A DNA stretch of 60,630 nt, filler included, from Basidiobolus meristosporus CBS 931.73 (GCA_002104905.1; 3 parts of 3 records of this genome joined end to end with filler, not necessarily neighbours in it); one strand, 5' to 3'; shown: positions 12,469 to 23,594, counted from the first letter of the whole stretch. Numbers and translations: made by a program. Notes: generated by a model from the sequence alone, not told the origin.

Positions 12469-13033
12469 TAATATTCACACCATATAGTCTACCTAGAACC
12501 CTAAATAGCCCGCTTTGCATTATACCAACCTGAATAAATATTTTGCCTCTTTTTAATGACAGAACGTTCGAGTCATCTAGCCGTCGCTAGGGATGATGAA
12601 TTTCCATATATTTAATCTGCGTTGTATCACCATCAATTTCTGTTACATGAAAACCAAATGGATACGGCGGTCAGCACCCATCTGGATTTTGGAACCTATG
12701 GAACATTTGGTGCAAATGTTACAACTCGTAATGAGCATGTTGGTGGCTTGCTTTCTCTGACATAACGGGCATTGACATACCATGGCCTGGATGCATTTTC
12801 TCAGAGTATCGAGCACTCCGAACATTACTACTTCTTTTTCTTGTTCGATGTGACCTCGGCAGTCCTCAATAGGATAACACACAAAGTGGCCCCAGCCTGA
12901 CCAGTTACCATATCTTTCGTCAACTAGGCCCCGTGCGCTTGACCGGTAGGTTTATAAGTCCCGTCGTGTACCATCCGAGCTCCATACAACTTTGTTCGTG
13001 TACTGGTTACATCGCAACTTCTTCTAACTCACC

Positions 13034-13838
13034 ATGTTATCTTCTCTACCTATAACCTTTTTCCTGGTGCTGGTCTCTTTAACGAAATTTTCGAATCCCT
13101 TGCCGGTTCTTCCAAGGGATAGCTCATTGCATAAGCGCGGAGACTTCCGAGGCGAAGGCACCTATTATGACCCTGGACTAGGTGCATGTGAGATTGTTTC
13201 TAGCGATACTGAATACATTGCGGCGCTGGTAAGGGCCACTTCTGTCCCATTGGTAATTTCCGCCCAGTTGCTAACCTTCTCCCCCCCAGAACCATGTTCA
13301 GTTCGGCGTGTTTGCTAGATCCAAGAGCAGTCCCGCATGCTTTAGCTGTGCCATGGTTCATGGACCCTCTGGAAGTGTCAAAGTAAAAATTGTCGATATG
13401 TGCCCTGGTTGTAAATATGGAGACATCGATCTCAGTCCCGTGGCATTCGAGAAAATCGCTCGTAAGGAAGATGGTCGAGTTCCCATCAGCTGGGAATTCG
13501 TTTCATGCGGCGGAGGGAATCCCGATGGTGGAAAACCTGCACCCCGACCATCACCCACTAAATCTATCAACCCTCCGAAGATCTCCAACCCTACATCTAC
13601 AACTAAGCTCCCAGCTACAACTAGCACACCGGCAAAAACCCCATCTAATCCATACAAGAAGGCTCCCGAGCCTACTGACCCCAAAGAACAACTCTGCAAC
13701 TTTACAAGCAAGTGCCGCAACGCTGGACAGGATGCTGGCTTTGAGGTATGTGTGAATGGCAATACTTTCCAGCAATCATGCGCACCCGGCACTGTATGTA
13801 AAGAGGCAGACGGGGATATATATTGTGATTGGGCTTAA
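13034..13838 (+). CDS. Secreted expansin-like/RlpA double-psi beta-barrel protein with Pro/Thr/Ser linker and Cys-rich C-terminal carbohydrate-binding-like module; 247 aa
   Basis: Signal peptide then KR site; GEGTYY-PGLGAC, VKIVDMCPGC, DIDLSPVAF. Intron 13229-13289 (GTAAGG...CTAAC...CAG) restores frame. C-terminus FEVCVNG...SCAPGTVCK...IYCDWA. Confidence 0.88.
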
Positions 13839-14576
13839 GGCTGTCGTGGAATGGGCCCAAATGGGCTACTAAATAAACCATAGGTTATACAGTTTATCCA
13901 TGAGGCCCTATTATGCTGAGATTAGTGTTGAAAATCTGAGGTCTGTATCTTGCGAACTATTCTAGACCGTTGCGGCCTTCGGATAATTTAGAGGTGATGA
14001 AAAATACCGTGAGAAACAACTGTACTATAAAATTCCAAATTAATGTGTTGCCCTTATCGCAAGTGCAGTCGAATCTCGGCCAATCTGGCAAGGTAATCGG
14101 AGTTCGGCTTTCGGTAATCGGCTGCTGTATATTTTCACTGGATTTGTTCAAGTGGAAAACAAGCATACACGAGACTACACAATCCAAGTGGCTTAGCTTA
14201 ACAATCATGATTTTTATCTGGCCACAATCAACACACCGTAGAGAGTAAGTGACATGCATCGACTTGCAAGTTTCAATCAGCCCTCTAAGCCACCGGGAGA
14301 TTTAGCAGAGAGAACATGGTAGAACATGTATCTGTGAGGTATCTGAATGAGGATAGGCACTTGATGGTAAGATCAACAACGTCATGAGGAAAGCATGGAG
14401 TGCAGGTTTCGTTATCGTACAGGCTCCTCGAATCTTCCCATTTTTTGAATACGTCATGCCAACCGTATAATTGAATGGTCGGGTTGGGTTTCTCAGTGCA
14501 CAGTTGAACGATTGAACCAAAATTGCAACATATCCCCCACATCACTAATCATCTTAGACCTCCTGGCCATGCTTTT

Positions 14577-14586
14577 GTGGCTTAGC
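14577..14586 (+). promoter_or_regulatory. GTGGCTTAGC motif upstream of repeat gene 1
   Basis: Same word found upstream of the other array members. Further copies at 14188-14197 (+) and 14285-14293 (-). Confidence 0.4.
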
Positions 14587-14695
14587 TCTTTACCTACTGA
14601 CAGTAGGAATCCGACAAGTATAAAATACTTGACGATAGCGTCAAAGTGCATCAATCTCTTCTGATTTGAGAACAGATCCTTATCGAGCCATCAAC

Positions 14696-15769
14696 ATGTC
14701 CTACTCTCAACAGCCTTCTCACTCCCGTGGCTCTAACTATGAACAAGAGCAGGGAGCACATAACCATCATCACCAGCACAACGATCAATATGAGCGTAAC
14801 AATGAGAGACAATCCAGGAACATCCAGCGTGGCCGCGGATTCGGTCACGAACAGGATGCTGAGTGGGAGCGCTCTCACAATCGCCAATATGGCCGCAGAT
14901 TTGGACGTCAATATGAAGATGATGAGGAGTTGGAACTCCCCCGTAGCCGCCGCTACGAGCGTGGATTCGGACGTCAATATGAGAACGACGAGGAGCTCGA
15001 ATACCCTCGCAGCCGTCGCTACGGTCGTGGCTTGGGACGCCAATATGACGATGATGAGGAGCTCGAATACCCTCGTAGCCGCCAGTACGGTCGTGGCTTG
15101 GGACGTCAATATGAAGATGACGAGGAGCTCGAATATCCCCGCAACCGTGAGTGGGAGCGCTCCCACAATCGCCAATATGGCCGCGGTTTCGGTCGTCAAT
15201 ATGGGAACGACGAGGAGCTTGAATATCCCCGCAACCGTCGCTACGGTCGTGGCCTAGGTCGCCAATATGAAGATGATGAGGAGCTCGAATACCCACGCAG
15301 CCGTCAGTATGGCCGTGGCTGGGGACGTCAGTACGAAGACGATGAGGAACTCGAATATCCTCGTAGTGGTCGCCGGAGCCGTAACCTTGGCCGTCGCTAC
15401 GGTCGTGGCCTAGGCCGCCAATATGAAGATGAAGAGGAGCTCGAATACCCTCGCAGCCGTCAATATGGCCGCGGCTGGGGACGTCAGTATGAAGATGATG
15501 AGGAGCTCGAATATCCCCGCAGTCGTCGCTACGGTCGTGGCTTTGATCGTCAATACGAAGATGACGAGGAGCTTGAATACCCTCGCAGCCGCCAGTATGG
15601 TCGCGGCTTGGGACGTCAATATGAGGATGACGAAGAACTCGAATACCCCAGCAGTCGTCGCTATGGTCGCGGATTCGGTCGCAATGCGGACGAGGAGGAG
15701 CAATACTCTCGCAGTCGCCGATATGGACGTGGATGGAACCGTCAGTATGAGAATGACAAGGCCTACTAA
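14696..15769 (+). CDS. Repeat protein copy 1 (357 aa), about 12 units of QYEDDEELEYPRSRRYGRG(F/L/W)GR; low-complexity, no signal peptide
   Basis: ATG at 14696 after TATAAAA near 14620. Synonymous variation between the 66-bp units preserves the protein motif. Confidence 0.85.
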   Translation: MSYSQQPSHSRGSNYEQEQGAHNHHHQHNDQYERNNERQSRNIQRGRGFGHEQDAEWERSHNRQYGRRFGRQYEDDEELELPRSRRYERGFGRQYENDEELEYPRSRRYGRGLGRQYDDDEELEYPRSRQYGRGLGRQYEDDEELEYPRNREWERSHNRQYGRGFGRQYGNDEELEYPRNRRYGRGLGRQYEDDEELEYPRSRQYGRGWGRQYEDDEELEYPRSGRRSRNLGRRYGRGLGRQYEDEEELEYPRSRQYGRGWGRQYEDDEELEYPRSRRYGRGFDRQYEDDEELEYPRSRQYGRGLGRQYEDDEELEYPSSRRYGRGFGRNADEEEQYSRSRRYGRGWNRQYENDKAY

Positions 15770-16168
15770 ATGATCTTGTATCAATCGTTATAGCGATGCA
15801 CTTGAGTCTAAAGGAAGACTAAAAATTCACTATTTCCAGAAATATCTATTAGCCTAACAAACGATTAACAATAAATGTTCAAAACATAAACAGTGAGCAT
15901 AGCTAATATTCTACTCTAATGTCTGTATACTGTACGGATCAAGTAGTACTACAAAGCAAAAATTATGTGAAAGGATTGCCCAAATCCGATCTCATACTAG
16001 TCTGTATTTCAAATATAAACAACGCATCTCTACCTCGTAAAGTTTATTCATGTGAGGAATGCTGCATGAAATTGCTGTGTTTAACATTCCCTTGAGCATA
16101 TATTATCGACTACCATTGGCTGCTACATCCACACTACCTGTCACAGATGAACACTGATCACTCACCTA

Positions 16169-16215
16169 ATGGCATAGGTCGTCAATATCAAAGTAATGAT
16201 GAAGTCTAATATCCG
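16169..16215 (+). pseudogene. Single decayed repeat-unit relic (GIGRQYQSNDEV*YP)
   Basis: ggcataggtcgtcaatatcaaagtaatgatgaagtctaatatcc aligns by eye to GRQYEDDEELEYP and has an in-frame stop. Confidence 0.5.
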
Positions 16216-16658
16216 GCCATCAATATGAGAATGACTATGAACCAAGATATCCCCATAGCCCTCGCCACAACCATGTTCAATATGTTTATAGCAGATATTG
16301 ACGCTATTAAGCAATGCAAAAGTGTTGTTGAACTGGGGTATCGCTTTAACCTCAATGATCTATTTGGCGTGTTTAACGAGCCAAACAATGTGTGCTAATA
16401 TAGCTAGTTACAACGCGACTCAATATTATTGAGCAAACAAGTCGTAAAAAGCTGGAGTGTATAATGTCTGGTGACTTCCCTAGCAGAGAAATAGAATTTG
16501 CGAAGAAGTCTAAGCTGGCCACTGTGGCATTCATTCAATTTCGCACATCAATATACTCATCGATAATATTCGCAAGGAGTAAATGAATCGAATCAATTGA
16601 TCCTAGATAACAATCTTCCATTACAGTATCAATCATATGCTTGATTCATTAATTCATC

Positions 16659-16684
16659 AAGTGGCTTAGCTTTGTCAAGCACTC
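16659..16684 (+). promoter_or_regulatory. Imperfect inverted repeat (R)AGTGGCTTRGC-N5-CAAGCACTC upstream of the TATA box
   Basis: Recurs at 18066, 19308, 19607, 21406, 21681 and 23147; ends about 120 bp before the ATG in gene-linked copies. Confidence 0.5.
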
Positions 16685-16802
16685 TTCCACTTGATATTTG
16701 AGTCGTATTCACTGTATATAAGGTAAGGTGAAGGCATACCAGTTCCACACTCTTCTGTCGATTTATCCACTGACTTCCGAAGACCTTCCTCTCTCTACCA
16801 TC

Positions 16803-17750
16803 ATGGCCAATTATCAACAACCTCGTCAAACCCGCGGTTCTCGTTACGAGCAAGACTTGAACAGACATAACAGCCAGCAACAATCTCGTTACGAACGTGA
16901 GGAACAAGAGTATTCCCGCAACCGCCGTTATGGACGTGGCCTCAATCGTCGATATGAGGATGAAGAGGAGCGTGAATATCCTCATAGCCATCGTTATGAG
17001 CATAGATTGGGACGTCAGCATGAACATGATGAAGAGCTTGGATACCCCAGCAACCGTCACTATGGACGTGGATTTGGTCACCAAGATGATGATGCGGAGC
17101 TCGATTACCCCCGCAACCGTCGCTATGGCAGAGGATTTGGCCGTCGATATGAAGACGATGAGGAGCTCGAATATCCCCGCAACCGTCGCTATGGTCGTGG
17201 ATTTGGTCGTCGCTCTGAAGATGAAGAGGAACTCGAATACCCCCGCAACCGCCGCTATGGCAGAGGATTTGGCCGTCAATATGAAGATGAAGAGGAGCCT
17301 GAGTATCCCCGCAACCGTCGTTACGGTCGTGGATTTGGTCGTCAATATGAAGATGATGAGGAACTCGAATACCCCCGTAACCGTCGCTATGGTCGTGGCT
17401 TTGGCCGTCAATATGAAGATGATGAGGACCTTGAATATCCTCGCAATCGTCGCTATGGTCGCGGGTTTGGCCGTCAACATGAAGACGATGAGGAACCTGA
17501 GTATCCCCGCAACCGTCGCTATGGCCGGGGATTCAGTCGTCAATATGAAGATGAAGAGCTTGAATACCCCCGTAATCGTCACTATGGTCGTGGCTTGGGA
17601 CGCCAATATGAAGATGACGAAGAACTCGAGTATCCCCGTAATCGTCGTTATAGCCGCGGATTCGGTCGCCAATATGAGAACGATGAAGAGCTTAAATACC
17701 CCGGTAACCGGCACTATGGCCGTAGCTCAGGTCGCCAATCTGGATGGTAG
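16803..17750 (+). CDS. Repeat protein copy 2 (315 aa)
   Basis: MANYQQPRQTRGSRYEQ leader, about 11 units QYEDDEELEYPRNRRYGRGFGR, ends GRQSGW. Confidence 0.85.
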   Translation: MANYQQPRQTRGSRYEQDLNRHNSQQQSRYEREEQEYSRNRRYGRGLNRRYEDEEEREYPHSHRYEHRLGRQHEHDEELGYPSNRHYGRGFGHQDDDAELDYPRNRRYGRGFGRRYEDDEELEYPRNRRYGRGFGRRSEDEEELEYPRNRRYGRGFGRQYEDEEEPEYPRNRRYGRGFGRQYEDDEELEYPRNRRYGRGFGRQYEDDEDLEYPRNRRYGRGFGRQHEDDEEPEYPRNRRYGRGFSRQYEDEELEYPRNRHYGRGLGRQYEDDEELEYPRNRRYSRGFGRQYENDEELKYPGNRHYGRSSGRQSGW

Positions 17751-18207
17751 TAAATTGCATATATACTGGCCATATCTCACTTTATGTATTGTGATTAAAT
17801 GATACATATCGATTGAAAATAAATTTATGTCATAATCAAGTACAATATGCTGATGGTCGAATTGATGCTTTCATACTGTAATAAAACCTAACCCTGAATA
17901 ATATCCTGGCGCATCCACGAAATTTTTCAGCTAGAGTTTCGGTCCGAACTTGCACAAAATTTGTCAGTAGTGTGTGAGTGAATATCCATCAAGGATGCCG
18001 TAGAGATCTTGAATTGCAACATCACTTTGATATCTGTAATCATATGCTCCGATTATCAATTTATCGAGTGGCTTGGTTTTAGCAGTCACTCCACTTAACA
18101 TCTATGTCACTTTAATTATATATAAGGTAAGGTGGTGGCTTACTAGTTCTACACTCTTCTGTCAACTTACTATCTGACTTCTGAAGACTTACTTCTTCTA
18201 CACCATC

Positions 18208-18918
18208 ATGGCCAGTTATCAGCAACCCCGTCAAACTCGTGGTCCTCATTACAAGCAAGACCTAAGCAGACGCAACGGCCAGCAACAACCTCACTACGAA
18301 CGTGAGGAACAGGAGTATTCTCGCAACCGCCGTTATGGACGTGGCCTCAGTCGTCATAATGAAGATGTTGAGGAGCATGAATATCCTCATAGTCATCGTT
18401 ACGAACACGGATTTGGACGTCAGTATGAAGATGATGAAGAGATTAAATATCCCAGCAACCGTGGATTAGGCCGTCATTATGAAGATGACGAGTAACTCGA
18501 ATATCGACATAGCCGCCGCTATAGCCGTGGCTCAGGTCGTCAATATGAGAACATTGAAGATCTTGAATACCCCCGCAACCGTCGATATGGTCGTGGCCTA
18601 GGTCGCCAATATGAGTACGATGAGGAACTTTAGCCGCCGCAACGGTCGTGGTTTTGGCTATCAGTACGAAGATGACGAAGAAGGCGAATATCCCCGCAAC
18701 CGCCATTATGAAGATGATGATGAATTTAACTATCCCGGTAGCCGCCGCTACGGTCGTAGCTTTGGCCGTCAATATGAAGATGATGATGAGCTTGAATATC
18801 CCCGCAACGTCGTTACGGCCGTGGATTCGGTCGCCAATACGAAAACGATGATGAGCTTGGATATACTCGTAGCCGCCACTATGGCCGTAGCTCAGGTCGT
18901 CAATCTGGATGGTATTAA
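18208..18918 (+). pseudogene. Repeat protein copy 3, disrupted
   Basis: GAA>TAA nonsense at 18493-18495, deletion/frameshift near 18630, single-base loss near 18808; still ends GRQSGWY-TAA. Confidence 0.8.
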
Positions 18919-19750
18919 GTTGCGTATGTACTGGCTATATCCCACTTTACATGGTGATTAAATGGTATGTTCTGCGCCTTTAAAATGATTAGTAAAAATA
19001 AAGTTGATATTTCATCAAGTTCCAAATATTTTGGTTGATTTAACATTACTTGCATAATGAAGCAAAATCCACCACTGCAACAGTGAAGCCCTGTTGAATA
19101 TGAAGCATTTGTATCGACCCATTTTCGGCAATATTTGTCAGTAGCATGAGGGTGAAGGCCCATTGATATGAAGCTCTCTCATCAACCTATTCTTTGATAA
19201 GATTTGCCAGTAACACATGGGTAATGCTTATTAAAGATCAAGCATAGATCTGGAATTGTCACATTGTTTCGACACCATTAATCATGTGTTAGGATCATCA
19301 ATTCACCAAGTGGCTTAGCCTTGTCAAGCACTCCCCTCTTTAGGTATATCTCGCCTTTTTTTTTAAGCTCAGGTAGAAGTATACTTGTTCATATGCGGAT
19401 TTATTCTCTACTGCTTTATTAATGATGTCGTGCTAAATATGATGCTCTCGTATCGGCCCATACCTGGACAATATTGGTCAATACAGTGTGGGTAAATATT
19501 CCACAGATATCCAATATCGATCGTGGGTGAATATTCCACAAAGATCTAGTATAGATCAAGTATATCAGCATCCCTTTAATGCCTGTGACCATATGCTTGG
19601 ATCTTTGAGTGGCTTGGCCTTGTCAAGCACTCCGCCACTTGTCATATGTGTCGTCCTCAATGTATAAAAGTTAATGAGGAAGTATACCATTTCCACACTC
19701 TTCTATCGATTTATCCTCCGACTTCCGAAGACCTTCCTCTCTCTACCATC

Positions 19751-21079
19751 ATGGCCAATTATCAACAACCTCGTCAAACCCGCGGCTCTCGTTACGAGCA
19801 AGACTTGAACAGACGTAACAATCAGCCACAATCTCGTTATGAACGTGAGGAGCACGAATATTCTCGCAGCCGCCGTTCTGGACGTAGCCTCAATCGTCGA
19901 CATGAGGACGAAGAGGAGCGTGAATATCCTCATAGCCATCGTTACGAGAACAGATTTGGACGTCAGTATGATGATAACAAAGAGTTTGAATACCCCCGTA
20001 ACCGCCGCTATGGCCGTGGCTTGGGTCGTCAATATGAAGATGACGAGGAACTTGATTACCCCCGTAACCATCGCTATGGCAGAGGGCTTGGCCGTCAATA
20101 TGAAGATGACGAAGAGCTAGAGTATCCCCGCAACCGTCGCTATGGTCGTGGCTTTGGCCGTCAATACGAAGATGATGAGGAGCTCGAATATCCACATAAT
20201 CGTCGCTATGGCCGTGGTCTAGGACGTCAATATGAAGATGACGAAGAGCTAGAGTATCCCCGCAACCGTCGCTATGGTCGTGGCTTTGGCCGTCAATACG
20301 AAGATGATGAGGAGCTCGAATATCCACATAATCGTCGCTATGGCCGTGGTCTAGGACGTCAATATGAAGATGACGAAGAGCTAGAGTATCCCCGCAACCG
20401 TCGCTATGGCCGTGGCTTGGGTCGTCAATATGAAGATGACGAGGAACTTGATTACCCCCGTAACCATCGCTATGGCAGAGGGCTTGGCCGTCAATATGAA
20501 GATGACGAAGAGCTAGAGTATCCCCGCAACCGTCGCTATGGTCGTGGCTTTGGCCGTCAATACGAAGATGATGAGGAGCTCGAATATCCACATAATCGTC
20601 GCTATGGCCGTGGTCTAGGACGTCAATATGAAGATGACGAAGAGCTAGAGTATCCCCGCAATCGTCACTATGGTCGTGGCTTCGGGCGTCGATATGAGGA
20701 TGATGAGGAGCTTGATTATCCACGCAGCCGGCGCTATGGTCGCGGATTTGGTCGCCAATACGAAAATGACGAAGAACTTGACTATCCCCGCAGCCGCCGC
20801 TACGGTCGTGAAGAAGAGCTTGAATATCCTCGTAATCGTCGTTATGGCCGTGGCTTAGGACGCCAATATGAAGGTGATGAGGAACTTAACTATCCCCGCA
20901 GCCACCGCTACGGTCGTGGCTTTGGCCGTCAATATGAAGAGGACGAAGAACTCGAATATCCTCGTAACCGTCGTTATAGCCGTGGTTTCGGTCGCCAATA
21001 CGAAAACGATGATGAGCTTGAATATCCTCGTAGCCGCCACTATGGCCGTAGCTCAGGTCGCCAAACTGGATGGTATTAA
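19751..21079 (+). CDS. Repeat protein copy 4 (442 aa, 17 units)
   Basis: Intact ORF with exact higher-order (multi-unit) nucleotide repeats; ends GRQTGWY. Confidence 0.85.
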   Translation: MANYQQPRQTRGSRYEQDLNRRNNQPQSRYEREEHEYSRSRRSGRSLNRRHEDEEEREYPHSHRYENRFGRQYDDNKEFEYPRNRRYGRGLGRQYEDDEELDYPRNHRYGRGLGRQYEDDEELEYPRNRRYGRGFGRQYEDDEELEYPHNRRYGRGLGRQYEDDEELEYPRNRRYGRGFGRQYEDDEELEYPHNRRYGRGLGRQYEDDEELEYPRNRRYGRGLGRQYEDDEELDYPRNHRYGRGLGRQYEDDEELEYPRNRRYGRGFGRQYEDDEELEYPHNRRYGRGLGRQYEDDEELEYPRNRHYGRGFGRRYEDDEELDYPRSRRYGRGFGRQYENDEELDYPRSRRYGREEELEYPRNRRYGRGLGRQYEGDEELNYPRSHRYGRGFGRQYEEDEELEYPRNRRYSRGFGRQYENDDELEYPRSRHYGRSSGRQTGWY

Positions 21080-21824
21080 GCTGCGTATGTACTGGCTATA
21101 TCCCACTTTACATGGTGATTAAATGGTATGCTCTGCGCCTCTAAAATGATTGGTAAAAATAAAGTTGATATTTCACAACCAAGTTCCAAAGAATATTGGC
21201 CTAGCTGATGCTACTTGCTGTAAAGTAATAAAATTTACCGCTGCAGCAGTGAAGCCGAATTAGATATGGAGCTCTTCCACTGACCCATTCTTTGAGAAGA
21301 TTTGTCAGTAACACATGGGTAATGCTTAGTAAAGAACAAGCATAGATCTGGAATTGTCACATTGTTTCGACACCATTAATCATGTGTTAGGATCATCAAT
21401 TCACCAAGTGGCTTAGCCTTGTCAAGCACTCCTCTCTTTAGATATATCTCGCCTTTGCTATTTTTAAGTTCCGGTGGAAGTATGCCAGACTCACATGACC
21501 CTTTATTCCCCACCGCTGCATTAGTGAAACCGTGTTGAATATGGTTCTCTTGTATCGACCCATATTTTGACAATATTTGTAAGTAGAGCGTGAGTGGTCA
21601 TTCATCAAAAATCAAGAATGGACCAAGGATTGCAAAATCCTGTGATTTTCATAATCATATGCCTCGATCATCAATTCGTCGAGTGGCTTGGCCTTATCGA
21701 GCACTCCGCCACACGGCATTTGAGTTGTGTTCACTGTATATAAGGTAAGGTGAAGGCATACCAGTTCCACACTCTTGTGTCGATTTATCCACCGACTTCC
21801 GAAGACCTTCCTCTCTCTACCATC

Positions 21825-22823
21825 ATGGCCAATTATCAACAACCTCGTCAAACCCGCGGCTCTCGTTACGAGCAAGACTTGAACAGACGTAACAACCAGC
21901 AACAACCCCGCTACGAACGTGAGGAACAAGAGTATTCTCGCAACCGCCGTTATGGACGTGGCCTCAATCGTCGATATGAGGACGAAGAGGAGCGTGAATA
22001 TCCTCATAGCCATCGTTACGAGAACAGATTTGGACGTCAGTATGATGATAACAAAGAGTTTGAATACCCCCGTAACCGCCGCTATGGCCGTGGCTTGGGT
22101 CGTCAATATGAAGATGACGAGGAACTTGATTACCCCCGTAACCATCGCTATGGCAGAGGGCTTGGCCGTCAATATGAAGATGACGAAGAGCTAGAGTATC
22201 CCCGCAACCGTCGCTTTGGTCGTGGCTTTGGCCGTCAATACGAAGATGATGAGGAGCTCGAATATCCACATAATCGTCGCTATGGCCGTGGTCTAGGACG
22301 TCAATATGAAGATGACGAAGAGCTAGAGTATCCCCGCAATCGTCACTATGGTCGTGGCTTCGGGCGTCGATATGAGGATGATGAGGAGCTTGATTATCCA
22401 CGCAGCCGGCGCTATGGTCGCGGATTTGGTCGTCAATATGAAAATGATGAAGAGCTCGAATCCCCCCACAGCCGTCGCTACGGTCGTGGCCTAGGTCGCC
22501 AATACGAAAATAATGAAGAACTTGACTATCCCCGCAGCCGCCGCTACGGTCGTGAAGAAGAGCTTGAATATCCTCGTAATCGTCGTTATGGCCGTGGCTT
22601 AGGACGCCAATATGAAGGTGATGAGGAACTTAACTATCCCCGCAGCCACCGCTACGGTCGTGGCTTTGGCCGTCAATATGAAGAGGACGAAGAACTCGAA
22701 TATCCTCGTAACCGTCGTTATAGCCGTGGTTTCGGTCGCCAATACGAAAACGATGATGAGCTTGAATATCCTCGTAGCCGCCACTATGGCCGTAGCTCAG
22801 GTCGCCAAACTGGATGGTATTAA
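21825..22823 (+). CDS. Repeat protein copy 5 (332 aa, 12 units)
   Basis: Near-identical to copy 4 at both ends and in the 3' flank; length differs by 330 nt = 5 x 66. Confidence 0.85.
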   Translation: MANYQQPRQTRGSRYEQDLNRRNNQQQPRYEREEQEYSRNRRYGRGLNRRYEDEEEREYPHSHRYENRFGRQYDDNKEFEYPRNRRYGRGLGRQYEDDEELDYPRNHRYGRGLGRQYEDDEELEYPRNRRFGRGFGRQYEDDEELEYPHNRRYGRGLGRQYEDDEELEYPRNRHYGRGFGRRYEDDEELDYPRSRRYGRGFGRQYENDEELESPHSRRYGRGLGRQYENNEELDYPRSRRYGREEELEYPRNRRYGRGLGRQYEGDEELNYPRSHRYGRGFGRQYEEDEELEYPRNRRYSRGFGRQYENDDELEYPRSRHYGRSSGRQTGWY

Positions 22824-23339
22824 GCTGCGTATGTATTGGCTATATCCCACTTTACATGTTGATTAAATGGTATGTTCTGCGCCTCTAAAATGATTGGTAA
22901 AAATAAAGTTGATATTTCACAACCAAGTTCCAAAGAATATTGGCCTAGCTGATGCTACTTGCTGTAAAGTAGTAAAATTTACCACTATTACAGTGAAGCC
23001 CTGTTGTGTATGAAGCTTTGCATCGACCCATTTTTCGGCAATATTTATCAGTAGCATGAGGGTGAATGTCCATTGGCCCAGTAGAGATCCGGAATTGTCA
23101 CATTATTTCGATATCATTAATTATATGCTGGGATCATCAAATCGTTGAGTGGCTTAGCCTCGCCAAGCACTCCTCCCCTATAGATTGATATCATCGTTCA
23201 AACACATATGCTATTCTATTCTCTACAAAGTCCACCATTACATTAGTGAAGCCGTACTGAATACGATGCTCTTGTACCAACTCATATTTTAACAATATTT
23301 GTCAGCAGAGCGTGGGTGGTTATTCATCAAAGATTACAA

Positions 23340-23594
23340 CATCCCGCAGTCGCCATTACAGTCGTAGATTTGGTCGCCAATATGAGAACGATGAAGATCC
23401 TGAGTTTCCCCGTAATCGTCACTATAGTCGTGGCTTAGGAAGACGATATGAAGATGACGAAGAACTCGAATACTCTCATAACCTTCTCTATGACCGTAAG
23501 CTTAGGACGACAATATGAAGAAGGCGAAGGGCTGCAATATCCGCGCAACAGTCAATATGATCTTAACTTTGGCCGTCAATCTGGAAAGTACTAG
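23340..23594 (+). pseudogene. Repeat protein copy 6, 5'-truncated frameshifted remnant
   Basis: Degenerate units (FGRQYENDEDPEFPRNRHYSRGLGR) ending GRQSGKY-TAG; the leader is missing. Confidence 0.7.

Noticed and set aside
16723-16782. Possible 60-nt intron (GTAAGG...CTGAC...AAG) that could attach a signal-peptide exon to repeat gene 2
   Set aside because: The upstream frame hits TAA immediately, the donor overlaps the TATA-like box, and copy 4 lacks it. At most it is a 5' UTR intron.
14900-22800. 66-bp periodic repeats as a CRISPR-like or satellite array
   Set aside because: The units are contiguous protein-coding repeats with no unique spacers, in a eukaryotic context.
14651-22866. Long antisense and alternate-frame ORFs over the repeat genes (e.g. 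16629-17714 -, 16897-17802 +, 19890-20723 -)
   Set aside because: These are shadows of a stop-free 66-bp repeat. Variation between units is synonymous only in the RGY/ED frame.
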